Below are positions 37,101-52,100 of a stretch of DNA of 64,000 nt, piece by piece; the first letter of the stretch is position 1; each line of letters starts with the position of its first letter. The translations under genes were made by a program, and so were the position numbers. Under the pieces are notes generated by a model, which did not search any database, was not told the DNA's origin, and saw only the letters and a list, made by a program, of their open reading frames with translations. Source of the DNA: Bilabrum cf. latius (taxonomy: Eukaryota); NCBI GenBank assembly GCA_965178125.1, contig OZ237768.1, positions 248,001 to 312,000 of the forward strand, read 5' to 3'.

Positions 37101-40100
37101 ACTCTGCAGCAGCACTGTCTGTCGATGATACGTTGCCCCCAACAGCAAACTAGCGAAAGCCTCGACCAGTAACATGCACTGCACCTGCATCATCGAAAGT
37201 GGCCGGGCTGTTCAGGTACGCTACCACGGGTGCCACCACCAGGCTAGCTGTGGCTCCAACTGGGATTGGATCACCTGTGTACTAGTCCGGGATAATACCG
37301 ATGTCCGAGACTGCTTGAGCCAACATGGACACCTATGCATTTACTCCAGTGCCAAGCAGGGCCTCATCATTGACCTACACGCTGATAGCAAATGGGCATA
37401 CCCTATCCGATAGGTTTCTGTCATCACACGGCAAAAGAGGAGAGGCAGGAATCTAAACGCGGAACACACGCACGGACGAGTCCAGGTGACGACTGCTGGC
37501 TGCTGTCGGTCGGATGTCAGCAACGACGACTTCAGAACTCCAGGTGTCAAGCTCATGGATCGCCCGAGCGATCTCAGTGACAGGCGAAACGGCCAGCAGC
37601 AGCGGTGTTGACCATTCAAAGAAGCCAGCGCGGAATGTCAGGGAGAACCGTCCTTCAGGGGATGCGCTCTGAAGGTTCGACGCTGAGGATCGAACCGCCA
37701 TAGCTCGCCTGTACTCCTCATTTACAACCGATACAACCATCATGGGTGGCACCCGAACTAATTTAGGTGAGTAGGACACAGTAACGCGGGTGCGTGCAGT
37801 CCAAACACCACTATCGCTAGGGTCTGGGTGCATGTGTTCCACTTGCACTGAGTGAACGGATCCATTGCCAAGCACATCCTGGATCGCCAAGGCCCAAGTG
37901 GCAGGCGAGCTGGCGGCTGGTAGGGTGGTGCTCCACTGATCGGTATGTACACCTAACTAGACACGCAGCCCAGCGTCTGGAACCGTGCGAATCATGCGAG
38001 TGCCTGTCGCAAAGGTCCGTGATGATTCAACGAGGCCAACGAGCTGTTGGCCTAGCATGGATACTCCGGGCTCAGCTGCCACTAGGAAGATCGGACCGGA
38101 CGGCTCATCGAATCGGTGGACGCGTACGTCATGTACTTGCTGCTGCGCAAGGCTTTGAACGAGCTGCTGAGCAGTGGTATTTGGCGTCATGTGCAGTTGG
38201 ACAGCTCCAATAGAGACGGTTGCAGGGGCAATATCGCCCGAAACGAAAGTACCATCCCACGTCAGTTCTACGTTGCAATCTGTTGTTGCAGCTGCTGTGA
38301 GCCGGTTAGACACAATGGAGATGACAGGTGGCTGTGCTACGTGGTTAGGCATGGATATCTCCCAAATGTTCGCTCCAGCTCTGCTGCGGCCGACCATCCG
38401 CGAGTAGCTCTACCCGGTCGCGCCGCGAAGCGGCTCAATTGCCAGATCGACCTCTTCCGCACTACTGTTTGGCATCAGTGGCATGGAAGTGAACACTCCG
38501 AATGATGTTTGAATAGATAGACGGAATGAACCGCCGGTGATCTGTGTACTGGCAGTCGGTTCTACCGTCAGCCTGAGTCCGCGTCGGCCCTGCGTCACCG
38601 TCCGTACAGAGGTTGCCATGCCATGTGCCGCACCAGCTTCTAGCTGAATCTGGGGAAGGTCTCCGAAACAACTGTCAAACTATACCTGCCAGCACTGCAT
38701 GTGCATGGCTTGTACGCGCCGTGCAACATCAACTAGGCCGGGGCCGTCGTATTTCTCGAGACACTCGTCCTGCTCGTTCGAAGATAGGAGGCCGAGTAAG
38801 GCAGCCTCAATATCAGAGCTAGTGATGACCGATGGCAGACGGTGTTGGACTGCATGACCATTCACGTCCGTAATACGCAGCGTTGCCGGTGCATTCAGGG
38901 ATTGCACTGACGCGTGCTGTTGCCGAAAGATACGCGACGTCTCATCCTTGGTCGCTTCGACATCCCAATCGGCAGATGTTGAGCCAACTGTGGATACTTC
39001 AATGGATCCATCGACAAGAAGCGTTGCATTTAATTGCATCGCGAATGCCAAATCATAACCATTGGATGCAGGCGGCAGCAGGGCAACTGTCACGTTTTGC
39101 AACAAAAGCAAAGCTGCGACTGCCTGGGCGATATCGTCCTCACTAGCGTGTACATGAACATCAACCGAGTCAAGAACCAGCCCACCAGAAACAACAGCGA
39201 TTCTCAAAGCTTCAAGTACATTACCAACTTGGCGTATCTCTGATCGCATCACGTCTCCGGACTGCAAACCAGCGAAAGCGGAGTGCTAGGAATATGACAG
39301 GAGCAGCTGATCGGCGCTCGGGTTTGACGCGATCAGGTTCGTCTCATGAGTAGAGTTGTGGTCCGTGCCTACAACTGCAACATCAGCCACCTCACGCAAC
39401 CAGTCAAGTTTGTTCTGCATCTACATCAGAGAAGACTGCTCAGCATCAGTGACTGCGACCTGAAGCGAACGGAATGAGCCGGCATGGAAGTCAACCATAT
39501 GTGCGCCCTAGCCCTGTACGGGACTAATTGCCGCCAGACTGGCGGAAAAGATCCCAGCAACTGCTCTGCGTAGCTCTATTCGAATTAGTTGTGCGGTTGC
39601 TCCTATCTATTGGGTCTCGACGGCATGCACTGGGGCACCCATAGAGGCAAGCTGGGTCATGATCGCACTGCTGGAGCTCGCACTGGAGAATCGAGCATTT
39701 TGTTCTTGAACGAGCCCCTTCAAGTCGTCTGGAATACCAGCATTACCAGACAGGCTAATTTGAACATCAAAATCGTTTTGTATGGGACTGACAAAGTAGG
39801 CAGTGGTTTGTTCAACCCGCGCACTGCTGGTAGAGGTATTGCTCGGCTAGCAACGCAGCGGGGTGCTCGACGCGGCTGGGATCGCAACACCGTGTGGCAA
39901 CGCCAGCTCAATGAGAATCTCGCGTGACTCCGAAGATAAAGAACGAACTTGTGCCCCGCGCTAATACTGCTGAAGCTCCGCAGAAGACAGTGCCATATCA
40001 TCGGGTCGCAGCAGTACGGTGCCGCTATCACCGTCGTTGCACACCAGTGGTTCAGTCGGTTCGCTATTACTGCTCAAACGAATTTGCATAACTGTAGCAG

Positions 40101-43100
40101 GTGATCCGTGGTCAGAAAGTGCCCCAGATGCTTCAATGCTGCTGCTACCGCCCTGCACCGCCGATACGCGCAACGAGGCCGTGGAAGGAATCGGTTTGAA
40201 GAGATTATTGACGTCCACACGGACGCGAAGTTGCACGATATCCTACCTGTGAACCTTTTCCACCGATACGTGGACATGATCGCCAATGGCACGGGCGAGC
40301 TATCGCTCGACTTGCCTGGCGATATCCATCGGTGACTCATGGGCCGCTACGTCGAGCTTGGAGCTCCAGAGCATGCGAGGTACACCTGCAGCATCATTGA
40401 GCAGCGCAACATGAAGCAAAACTCCAATCTCGGTATCAGAGCGCTTTCCAGCGATCAAAACCTCGAAGCGATACGGACGGAAGGAGCCGCTTGTCACCAG
40501 AATGTCCAGGCGCGGCCTAGGTTCAGAGCGTACGAGGCTATACTGGTTGTGCACTACAGTCTCTTGGCCACCGACGCCAAGGCATACCTGCTAAACTTCG
40601 TCTCGCGCACTCCTATCCTGAATTTTGATGGCACCTATTGCGTGGTGAGATGGGGCAACCTGGCTAAGGTTCAGCGTTCGCGAAGGCCATGCGACATCGA
40701 GGCTGTCTGATACCTGCCCGGCCCCCGAATATGCTAGCTCCTTTACGTCTATATCTATGGTTTGTACGATACTTGACGGCTGGTCGACCTCAATTGAGAC
40801 ATCGAACACACTTCCACTAGATAGCGGTGGTGCCGATCCCGCTTCGAGTTCACAGCTCAGTCCATCCATGTGTTCAACAACGCTCCCCTTGCGTTCCCCG
40901 CTCAGCCCGCAAGAGACGCAACAAGTTGAGTTTATCAATGAGGTCTTGCGGTATCCGAGCAACTAAGATACACCGGGCAGTGTCATTGAAGCCGAGTCGC
41001 TGGAGACGTACTGAGTTTGTTGGTCGTTGCCCATGGTCTCCAATTGAATAAGCTCAACCACATTAGAGATTGTCTGCAATATACCAGCTTTACTGAGAGT
41101 GTCCACGATCGATTCTGCACCGGTCTCGCCAAATAAACCAGCAGCCAACTTGCTTGGTAGCACAGCTACACCAATTCGACCATCGCTGCTATGCACATCT
41201 GAGGGAATATCGCACTCAACGGGGAGATCGGTGGTGGCGCTGGCCACTAGCCAGGCAGCGTTGCTTCCATCACTCTGAGGTGTATGCTGCCATAGCAGGC
41301 AAGACAGGTTAGTATGAATTGCGTCGTACTGAGCACTGAGTGATACTTCGAGCTTGTACTATCCATGTTTGAGGGAACTGGATCCAGTGTGATCGCGCAA
41401 AGATAGCAGTGTCGATGGTGATACTGCGCGCACTGGCAGGACAGAGTACAGGGTCTGCACAGTCTCTCCAGGCAAGTACACAGTTCTCTCCTGCTTAACA
41501 GTACCAACCGTTAGCCGAAGCTCAAAGATGCCGTCCAAGTCCATTTCAGTGAGAAGCTCTTCAGATATCTGGCAAGCAACTGTTCCATTCTGTAGCGTGA
41601 GACGCACCTTCCTTGGGGGTTGAACCGGTGCATTGCATCCTGCTGCGGTTCCGTCCTCACACTTCAAAATTCTAGCCAGGCAGAATGCCTAGTCGTTAAC
41701 GGAAAGTGCAGAGAGGCCAGAGCCACTGACAATTGCAGACCATCCGCCCGCCAAGACCCAGTGTCGCGGTGTAGCGCTGGCGACCGCTGGCGCAGGGAAG
41801 ACATCGATGTCCGTACCGTGAACAGACCATGCATCCGGTGAAGGCATAACACTTAGCTAGCAGCTTTCTGCAACATTGGGAGTTTCAAAAGAACACACCG
41901 CCTCTGAATCAGACACCTTCCGCAAGCTACCGATCGTGGAGGTCAGGTCGGGATCATCGAGCTCTGCAACGCAATCCAGGCGACACACCGAGTCAACGAG
42001 CTCACTGAACCCACTCCCAAACAGCAAAACGGTCTGCTGCATCCCAGCAAATAGAGTGTAGTCGGATAGAGCCGATATGTCAACGTTGACAGGAGCAGCA
42101 AGCTGGGCCACCTGAGACACACGGGTTCCCGAAGTCGCAAGATGCACTGACAGCACACATTCATCCATATCCTCTACACAGTGCAGGATTTCCAAAGGCA
42201 CTGCGCATTTCATGGAGTTGTCACGACTGCTTAATGTGGCGGGACTGTTGTGCTGAGCTGCAGAGCCAGGCTGCAACAGGACGCAGTCTACATCCAAAGA
42301 CTGAAGGCCCTCGGTGGTTGCCACGCGCAGGGACACCTCGCACTCATCTCCCGTGCAAGCTGAGGACACTGACTGCACCGAAATTAAGGCGTCCAAGAAT
42401 TGGACGCTGAGTATTTCGGCATCTAGGCTGTCCTGACGCACCCTTGAAATTATCACTTCTGATGCTTCGCTAGCAACGACGACGTGAATGCTGTCAGATA
42501 CAACCGACCTACCAACCACAGGTGTCGGACACTCGGCTATTTCGTCTGCAATCCATAGAGCTGGGGTCCGTACAGGAGGCAGCAAAGATGCCAAAGGAAA
42601 ACGAAACACGCAATGCAACGTCGCGTTGCCAAAGATGGAGGCGCGAATGTTTTCGAAGAACAACTGAAGGTCCTGGCTCTCTGTTGCGCTGACCACCCTC
42701 GGTTGAATGTCAACTAGGAAAGGCTCTGGAACGATATCAATCTCAACGTGAGAACTATCAAAACGCTCGCCATCCAAAGAAATGGCAAGCACTCCTTTTC
42801 CATAGCGACCATCTGTCCCAGAGTACTAGCAAGTCAGCTATGTCTCAGATACCCATGTGGCAGGAAGAGCAGGAGAGTCAGCAAACCTGCATACCACGTT
42901 GTCGCGTAGCTCTTTCACGAAACCGGAGCCATACACTGTGACTGGCATAGGGGTCAGGGCGGGCACAGTCTGTGGGTCAACCGCATGCACGGCAAGCTCC
43001 TCCACGTAGAGGAATGGCAGACCCAGACTGTCGAATTCCAAGCTGTTCACGCCCACCTGGAAGTCAGCCAGGCAAGGTGCCTTGTCTGGACATGGCGAGG

Positions 43101-46100
43101 GTGGTGAAATAAATATCGCCTAGCTAGTCTGTACGGAGATCAATTGAGCAATAGCACAGTCTCCGTCCGCACTGCATAATCTTCCTGCAGGCTGCTAATC
43201 ACCGCTGATTCCCATCGCTGTTACAACCACAACCTACCCACCAGAAACAGATCCAGACCGTGGCTCAAGTTCCAGCATCCTAATCGAAGCTACAATGTCA
43301 ACATACTATAAACTAGACTGATTGATATGCTGTGTTGATGCCCATAGCATGGACGATTCGTCTTGTACTCCGACGTCGACCAGTAGGCGCATAGGATGCG
43401 GCGTGGGTGGGGCACGACACTGCACAACTTCATCGGTGCCCCCACCCTCGACGAGAGCAGCCGCCTGCGTGTATGCTTTGAACGTACCACTCCTAAATAA
43501 ACACACCAGATCTAGCTTGCCGCCGCTGCTTTCCTCGTGCATGATGCTATTGAAGAAGATTCCACTCCCAGCTACCCGAAGCTGTGTGCCTCCGCGTACC
43601 GAGGCAAGCCTTGGAGACACAGATGTCACCGTCTCATGCTGCACAACTTTTATGGATATATCGGCTCCAAAGGCGTGGAAGTCGTATCCATTCAGCGAGA
43701 CTTGCAGCTTGGAGTATCCCAGAGTTGACCCTAGTACAGGGCAACGTATCATAGAGTCTGACACGAACTGGGCGGAACGCACCTCCTACTCGGCCAGTGA
43801 GCAAGACAGCTACGCTGTGTCCTCAAAGTTGCGCCCAAAAATGGTTACAGTGGTCGGCTTCGCTACCACAGCAATTGAAGGCGAAGCACTAGTCAGTGTT
43901 GGCGGCGGCACCACCAAAACCTGCTGAGGTACGTCACTCGCAACCACGCCAGTAGGAAGGGCTAGCGAAATCAGTACCGAAGTGGCGTTGGCTGCTACTG
44001 GAATTCGGCATATGATAGCAGAGTCGCCTGCGCTGGATGAAACCACAGCGGCGCCATCCGCCAGGCAGCTCAGGGCCTATCTGAGCTCGAGGAACTCGAG
44101 TCCAGCACGGTACTCGATTGTCACAGCAGTAGATCCGTGTTGCTGAAGAAACTCTGGATGAACGGACACGATTGATACAGGAAGGATTGACTGGAGAGTT
44201 CCATTCCAAGCCGGTGTCAAGGCAGACCCGTCCTAGCGCATGAGTGATGCAGTGTATGTGCCAGCTGGCAGGCCATCCAAAGTGCAAGACAACAAACGGC
44301 TGCTAATTATACTCGCCGCAAAAACAAGCGCTTCGTTTCCTGCGACGGAATGCTCGGATAGCAGTTGACAGTACACTTTGGAATCCTCCACCAAAGCAGG
44401 GTTGTCCAGCTCAATTTCGATCTATTGGAACTTTCCTGCCGCAAGAATTCTCGGGTGCACTGCCCGAATCCCCTGCCGCTCAGCCAAATACGAAAATTTG
44501 AACGGATGGCAGCCACGGGACACACTACATAGAGCAATTGCTTCGTGTATCGATGGGGATCCAAAGGCCACCTGAATAGTCAAGGATAGCGACTCGCCGC
44601 CGCTCGTGAGCTCCACAGGCGGAACTTCGCATGACAGCGACAGGCCGCTACTCGAGACGGTGGCCACCATCACTTCGGTGCCAAATAAGCACCAAACAGA
44701 GTCATGCTCGGGCCAGAGCGGCATGTCCATTTCAACCGAGATACGATCACCAGGAAGTGCACTCAGTGCTGGTGGCATAAGAATACTCGGCTTCGACAAC
44801 AGTTCAATCATGAACGGACGGTGCTCAAACTGAAACATGACAGCAACTGCAGTTGAGGCAAAGTCCATCTGAAGCTGAACTTGATTCTGACGATACTGTA
44901 TCGCTCGAGGCGCTCTACACGAGTATAACCAAACAGCGGCACCGACAGCCTCAGGGTCCATTGGAAGCACGGACAGCCTCGTCTCGAGACATTGATCATC
45001 GACTTCCGCATCGCCCGAGGCACAGAACCTGCAGTTGACATCTTCCAAGATCATCTACGAGGAAGCAAAATGCAATGACTGCTCGTCACGAAGCCTCTGT
45101 AGCGGCTTGGCAAGCCGCATAATGGCTGATGGTCGGACTTGCAGCAGGGTGGGCAAACCAGCCAGCTGTACGCTTTCCAAGGCAGACATCCTAAGGGCCG
45201 GGCCAAACTTGATTAGCTGCAGCTGTAATTCAGCCCCCAGGGAGCGGTAGTGCTCTACATCACTGGTCTCGAGCAGTTGCTCTAGGGCAGGCACACCGCA
45301 AGTAGCATCCGCACAAGCATCCGCCTTCTCGTTTCCTGACTAGCACTGCAGGTCCGTCGAATGAGTAGCATTATCTAGCGTGTACCTGCACTCGCGATAG
45401 ACCCCCGTGTCAACGTTATGGATTCGAATAATCTCAGTGCCAGAGGCTGACAAAACTGTGGGAGACACATCGAGTGAGCCTTGGCGAAGCTCCGTGATCT
45501 CGACTGTGGCGGAACCACTGAGACGCTAGCCAGCCACAGATACGACAACGCTGCTGATTCCTGTGGAAATCGATTCATAGGTTGCATCGGTCCACTGGCA
45601 CGCTATGAGCCCTGGCGCCGAGACTGAAGCAGGGAGAGATATACTCCCAACTTGACATTCTGCACCAGCTGAATTTGCCACCCGCCACAGGCTCTCGGGG
45701 ATTGGAGGACTCAATCCTACTAGTAGGGGATACTGCACAGCGTCATACCGAAGAGCAACGGATTCAGGAGACACGGCCAAAACGCTGGAGCGATACGGCA
45801 CGATCAGATACCGCAAAGCATCCGCAAGCCAGGACCTGTTTTCAAACTGACTAGCAAGAATGTCTGCAGTCTTTGTGACCTACGAAGGCGACATGCCTAC
45901 AGATGTCACGGCAACTCCAGTTGCGTTACATACCTGAGAGGCAGCTACCGTAAAGGCTGCGCAATCGATGAAACCCAGGCTCATTTCCATCCTTGCCTCG
46001 ATTGCAAAAAGGGCATAAACTGACTGGGCAGAATAGCCCACTCCGAATCGAATCGCTGGGGTCTAAAGCCCATCATCATCACTAGATACAGCAGAAATAG

Positions 46101-49100
46101 TCTAGGGTGAGCATGCGGCATTGCTTCGATCGTCAGATTCGACTTGTACAATGCAGGAATAGTCGGTAGGAATGTCGTTCCAGACCACGTTGCCAATCCG
46201 AGCTCGAATCGTGTCCTCTATTGCAACCCACTTCGCTCCGGCTAGCTAGGGAGAGCTCGGTGCAGTTTCAATGAGCTAGCGCCACGGTGTGATGCCAGCG
46301 AGCATGGGCGAACGCCCGGTACTGCACATGTTCAGCGCAAACAGTGACAGCAAGGCCACACTCCGGAGGGAGTGCAGGCTTGCTGGTCTGCTGCATGTAG
46401 CAAAACCCCCCTTCAGCTGCGCTGGTGACGTCAAGTCAGGATTGCATGAGCTTGCCGCTGACTGTCCCCATGCACATGCCACCGGACGGGTGCCATCATC
46501 CTGTGAATCAAAGCTAAAAACAGCAGTGCCGCTTTTTGGATCAAAGACTTGCAATTGTGAGATTGAAGCAGTCGCCGGGAAAGTAGCTACTCGAAGATAC
46601 CCGCTTGCAAGCGGCGTGTAGCCACTCAGCAACTCATCATGCGGGTGTGCAGCAGCTGGAAATGCGTGCACAACCAATCTACTGGACGAACTCCTTGCAA
46701 CAGCTCCCAAGTTCACGATACATTCAATTCGTGAAAGCGGCGCCCAGGTTGCAACCGAGCAGCTCTGGGTGGTCTCCTCCAAGATGCAGCACCGGAGCGC
46801 AAGTCTGGCCAACAGTGTTTCGTCAGTGCTATCATCGGACCATGCTGCTGTTAGAGTAATGGGTAGCATGTCGTGCCTTGGAAGCAAAGCTACGCTAGCA
46901 TTACCATGCATCGATACGTTCAACGCCGGAAGCACGCGAATCTGTGCTGATCTCAAGGCTGCAGTCTAGACGGCGATCTGATAGCTGCTACTCTGAATGA
47001 GCTCACTAGTTCTGCGTTCATCCGCAAACAGAAACACTGGCATGAACATGCCTGGTCCCAATAGTGTGGTATCGAATGGACACACTATTTCTAAGTCAGC
47101 CTGCACGTTGCATGCGAACACAAAGAGGTTTTGTGTACCAGTTTGGCCAGCAGACGGCAGCACAACCGACACGGGCATGCTTTGCTGCGTGTCCTCAGCG
47201 CTCGCTTCAATGGAAGCTGATGCGTTCTGGATGGATACATATTGAGTGTTGAGGGACATTGCGGGAAGGACCTACACACCGGACGCTTGGGCAGATGTCG
47301 ACAGCACCACCAAGTCGCTGCTACGCCACTGCTCCTGCCATTTGCCCATGGCCGCAGCAACCTGTCCAAACGGCGCTGCGATCCACATGCTCGTGGTTGG
47401 GGATGACGCTGACACGCACTGGAAGTGAGCAGTTTGGGTTGAGTTGCTCGTCTCAACCAAACTCGCTCTCGACCTGTACCCGCCTGTTCCCTCGCAGTAC
47501 CATTCAATGTGCTTGCTGTGCGATAAAGCTTGCAGTGTTCCAAATTGAACGTCCATGCTAGCTCCAGAGAACTGAAATCCAGTAGAGCCAAGTGGCATTG
47601 CTGCACTTGCTACTCCTCTGGTTAGCTAGAGAGCATTGTCAAGCGTACCCAGAGGCACGATTATGTTGCCAGATTTGGCAAAAACCTCCAAGGAATGCGT
47701 TTCGCCACCTTGACCCAAGGCAGCGCAATGACAAGTTACAACGTCAGAGGTGGTGTTCCATTGTCTTCCACCACAGCCCCAAACCCACTGGGACTGAGGT
47801 TCAATGGGGCTTGACAGGGCTATGGACTGCGTCGTGTTTTCGTCCAGGTAGCACGCAGGCGAGTGCAGCAGAGATATATGGACCGGAGAAAATATCTGCA
47901 CCTCGACTGTGTCGATCGCGAGCTCATCAGACCGAACGTTAGAGTCTGTAAGGTAAATTGGCACCGAAGAAGAACTACCACTGCGTTGAACAGAATAGCC
48001 TAAGGTGTCAAGGGTCACTCTGCATACGCCACATGCACCTTGAGTTTTCTCAAACTGATACAGATGCTGGCCGATTGAGCACTGCAGGCCGTCTAAATCC
48101 GTATTGTTTGCAGTGCACACTTTAAGGGTTACCAGCCTGTGAGGTACGAACCCTTTGGAGATGCTATCAGCCGCAAACAGGATCGATGGGGACGCGGATA
48201 CGAGAGGCACGGCGGCATGGTACCGAGCTCTGAACCAGGTACGAAAGTCTGCAGGTGGAGGCCCAAGCACTGCTGGCCAGACATGCACAACAGCACCACG
48301 TGACAAGCGGGGTACCTGACACACTACTTCCCCAGACGCATCAGCTGATGCACTCGCTGGTAGGGCTTTCGCTGGCTCAAGAGAATCTGCTGACATGACC
48401 GTGCAGTATGCATCTGTCAAGTGCTACATGGCAATGGAGCGAGACAGCGTGACTCGAGAGAACTCCGTTACCGGTACGGCAACAGCATATGATTCACCTG
48501 ATGTCATGACTGCATCAAGCTCCATAGCTGGCAATGCTGCTGGAATCATTGAGACCTTTGCAGTCGTTCTACATATGGTCGCGTTTGTGCTAGAGCCAAG
48601 CTGCACCACCGAAACATCCGTCGGATGCAGGAGTGAGGCGCGTCCAGTGCTAGGCACGGCGCATTCAACGTACGCCGTGCTCCCATCAGATCGTACTGTG
48701 GCCTCCCACGATACATTGAGCCCTGGTGCACACACAAATTTCACCCCTAGAGAAGCGATTCTCCTCTATGAGGCGTCAAGACGGAATGTAACTGTGCTGT
48801 TGCTACCATCACTGATATACTGCGTAGTCTGCCGGGCTTGGTCAGCAAGTAAGCACTAGCTGAAACTCTAGTTTCGAGTGCTGTGGAGAGCTAGCGACCG
48901 GGCCTGCTATCTGGTAAACTATAGATACCCAGTTCCTGGCCCGCACACGGCCCTACCAATCCGTTGCGCTCCATTTCCATCGATGTCAAGCTAGCTCACA
49001 GAATCGTGGTCGAAGTGCCACTCGAACTCAGACTACCTGAACTGACACACCAAGTTGCCAGCGATACCCTGGAGAACCAAACCGGTCAAAACATTGCTGG

Positions 49101-52100
49101 TATCGCAGCCTGAGAGCGAGCACGTGAGCTGGCCAAGCACGTGCGTCAGCGGAGTCGCTTGCAGTGTTATCCCTATCTGGATGCTGCCATTACCACCTAG
49201 CTGCACCCCTTTCCAGCCAGTTAGTCGGAGGTTGTCCTACAGCTCAACCAAGAAACTGCCGCAGTGCCCCACCGTTTCTGATAAAACTCGCACTTGAAGC
49301 TGCCGGGCAGGGCCTGTGCCCAGCAGGTCGCACCTCACAGATATGTCGGAACCAAACAATGCTGGGACATGGCGACCGTCGCCGTACTCACACATGAGAT
49401 CGGCTCGTGATGTGCAGCTGTCATGGATAGGTCCGAGAAGGACGCTTGCTATTTCGTGTGCACCAGATTGCGTGACATACCCTCTGTGCGACTGCGATGA
49501 TTCCAGGCTCTCTGCAGTGAGGTTCACTGGCTGAGTGAATGCCAAATCAGCCTGCTTCTGCTCGCTGCCTTGGTCCTTAAATGAAAACTACCGCAATAAT
49601 GTTGGTGTCTGTTGATGGATGCCAATATGCAACAGATCCAGCCCAACAAGTTCATAGTCGTCGGCTGCAGACACTAGGCTGCACACAAGCATCGACTGGC
49701 CCTGCCGCAATACATTTCCTTGTTGCCCGCTGATAGAATGCTTTAGTCTTACCTAGCATCCAATATTGCTCAAGACAGGCAGACGTTGGTTCCCATTGCT
49801 CGCAATGATCAGTCGTTTGCCATGCTGACTGGCAACAAAAGCTGCCTCGTCCTCAGACTCGATCCGGTACACGCTGACTTGGGCTACAGCAATGGTGTGG
49901 TGTATGGCCGCTAGAATGTCGGGCTGCGTGCCATCCAGCAATATCACGGCGATTTGCCGTTGCGACTTCAGCAGGGAAGAGAGCTCGCCAAATTCGGTGA
50001 TCCCTTCGCAAACTAGACCGTGGCACGCAGCTGGTACGCAATCGGCAGACATTAGAGCAAGTCCATCCGCTGCAAAGCACATCTGCATGATTTCCGAAGC
50101 ATCGAAGGGCTACTCCAATTCAACCTAGATCAGAGTTTGTTCAACCCCTTCGACGACATGGACCTGCGAAACAGATGCGACCGTGTGCACTGGCAGGTGC
50201 TCGAAAGTCGTGAGGACCTGGTCGCTTGTCGTCTCACCTGGCCTAGGAGCCTGTAGTAGCTGACCGTTGTAGGCCACATCCTACTGGCTCGGTCTAATCG
50301 ATAGGTAACAAACTGCAGTACTGTTGCGGTATGTGCAAGGCGAAGTTGAGATCAACTAAGCTGAACCTGTTCCGCCAGACTGCAAACCGTACCTGACCGA
50401 AAGCTCGCGCTTGTCGAAATCTTCCCTGAACGGACTCAGATCGGCAAGCAGCATCGAAGAACCATTGATCTGTACAAGCATGGTGCGTGGTATACCATGT
50501 GCAAGGGGGATCGATATTGATCCGACCGGAATAGATAACATTTCGCACGAGGAGTTCGCGCTCGGCATGGCACATGGCGAGAGACCGACCTGCACGATGC
50601 CGTGGAGCCCATCCGGCAACAAGCACTACAGCGACAGCGGAGCTATCTGTTCCCTAGGTATACTCGCCAGCGCCATAATCTAACTTCCATTGCTCGTAAA
50701 GCTGCACCAATGGGTGTCGCTGTTCATATGGGTGGTCTCGGCGTTGAGAATAGTGACAACGCTCGCCGCGTAGTCGACCGATACAGTCCCAGACTACCCT
50801 TGCTATACCCGCTGTACATCGGTAACCGCAAGCATTCTGACTGAGGCACCAGTCAAAAAGTCGGTCTCGAGCACATAGATGCGGAAAGCAGCGCTGATAC
50901 CTGGCGGGACTTCACAAAGCACTGAATCGGTAAGCTGGCCGACAGGCCGCTCCCAGGAGGCAGCATCAAGCGAAACAATGTCAGCCAGTGACAGAGTTGT
51001 ATCAACGTGCTCGCTAATGATAACGCACGCATACACGGCTGAAAAAGCAGCTGATTCGATTCTAATTGGGATCGGCCCACCCACATCTGAAACAGAGGCA
51101 GACTGAGCAACGGAGGAAGCAAGCGAGCGTGCTGGTCTCAGCAGTGCGATGTCCATCACGCTCCCTTCGGAGTCCTGCAATTCTAGTACACCGGCTGTAT
51201 GAAGAAGCAATGCAGGGACCATGCAGCCGTACAGTCTGGTGTAGTTGGATGAACTGGACAACTTCAGCCACTCATCCCCCAGCGGACGAGCCTCGACAGG
51301 AACAGGGATTGCTTGGCTAGCGCACCTGATTGGACCAAGCTGTCTGCTACCATCTCGAGCCGTGATAACAGCCATAGATCCTCCACGATCAACTGAAATC
51401 AATTGTGAAGTGAAGCTTGCTGTGTTGGCCTCTTCGGACTGCTCAAGAACAGGCAACTTGCGCAGCTGCCCATGACCCACCTCGATCGCAAACTCAATCG
51501 ATGCAGCTTGGATTGAGCTGCACCGAACCGTTACTGAATCAACTACATCCGCTTGATATTGCGTTAAGTGCCCAGAATCACGACACACAATGCGGTGCCC
51601 GGCAACAGGCTGCGTGAGCCTGGCAAGGTATGTCCTGCCGCGGAATGGGGATGTGCTCGACCGCATGAACTCTACAGAGGGCGTTCGATAGACAACTAAC
51701 CGAACGCTACCTCCAATTCTCTCGCCACCAATATGAACGTAGAGCTCTACTACATGCTGCACGTATGGCAATCCAGTTAGAGAGCACAAAACGCTGCTCC
51801 CGAAGACCGTAGCCTCTGCACCAGCAAACCCCATGCCATCTATGTGACAGGACACATCGGACAGGACTGGTAGAGTCTTCAGTGAAGGATCCCAGACCAA
51901 ATCTATCATGACGTCGAAAGGCTCTTCTTCCAGAATATGGACGGTTTGATCGACGATGACTGGAAACCCTTCTTCCACTGCAACGGCAAAGGCCGTAGTC
52001 CAACTGTTGGCCCCTGCGCACTGGTATCCCAAAGAGTAGTTGCCAGTGTGCACTGTACACCAGATGGAAGCATCTTCTCTGCGATCACAAGGCGCCCACT

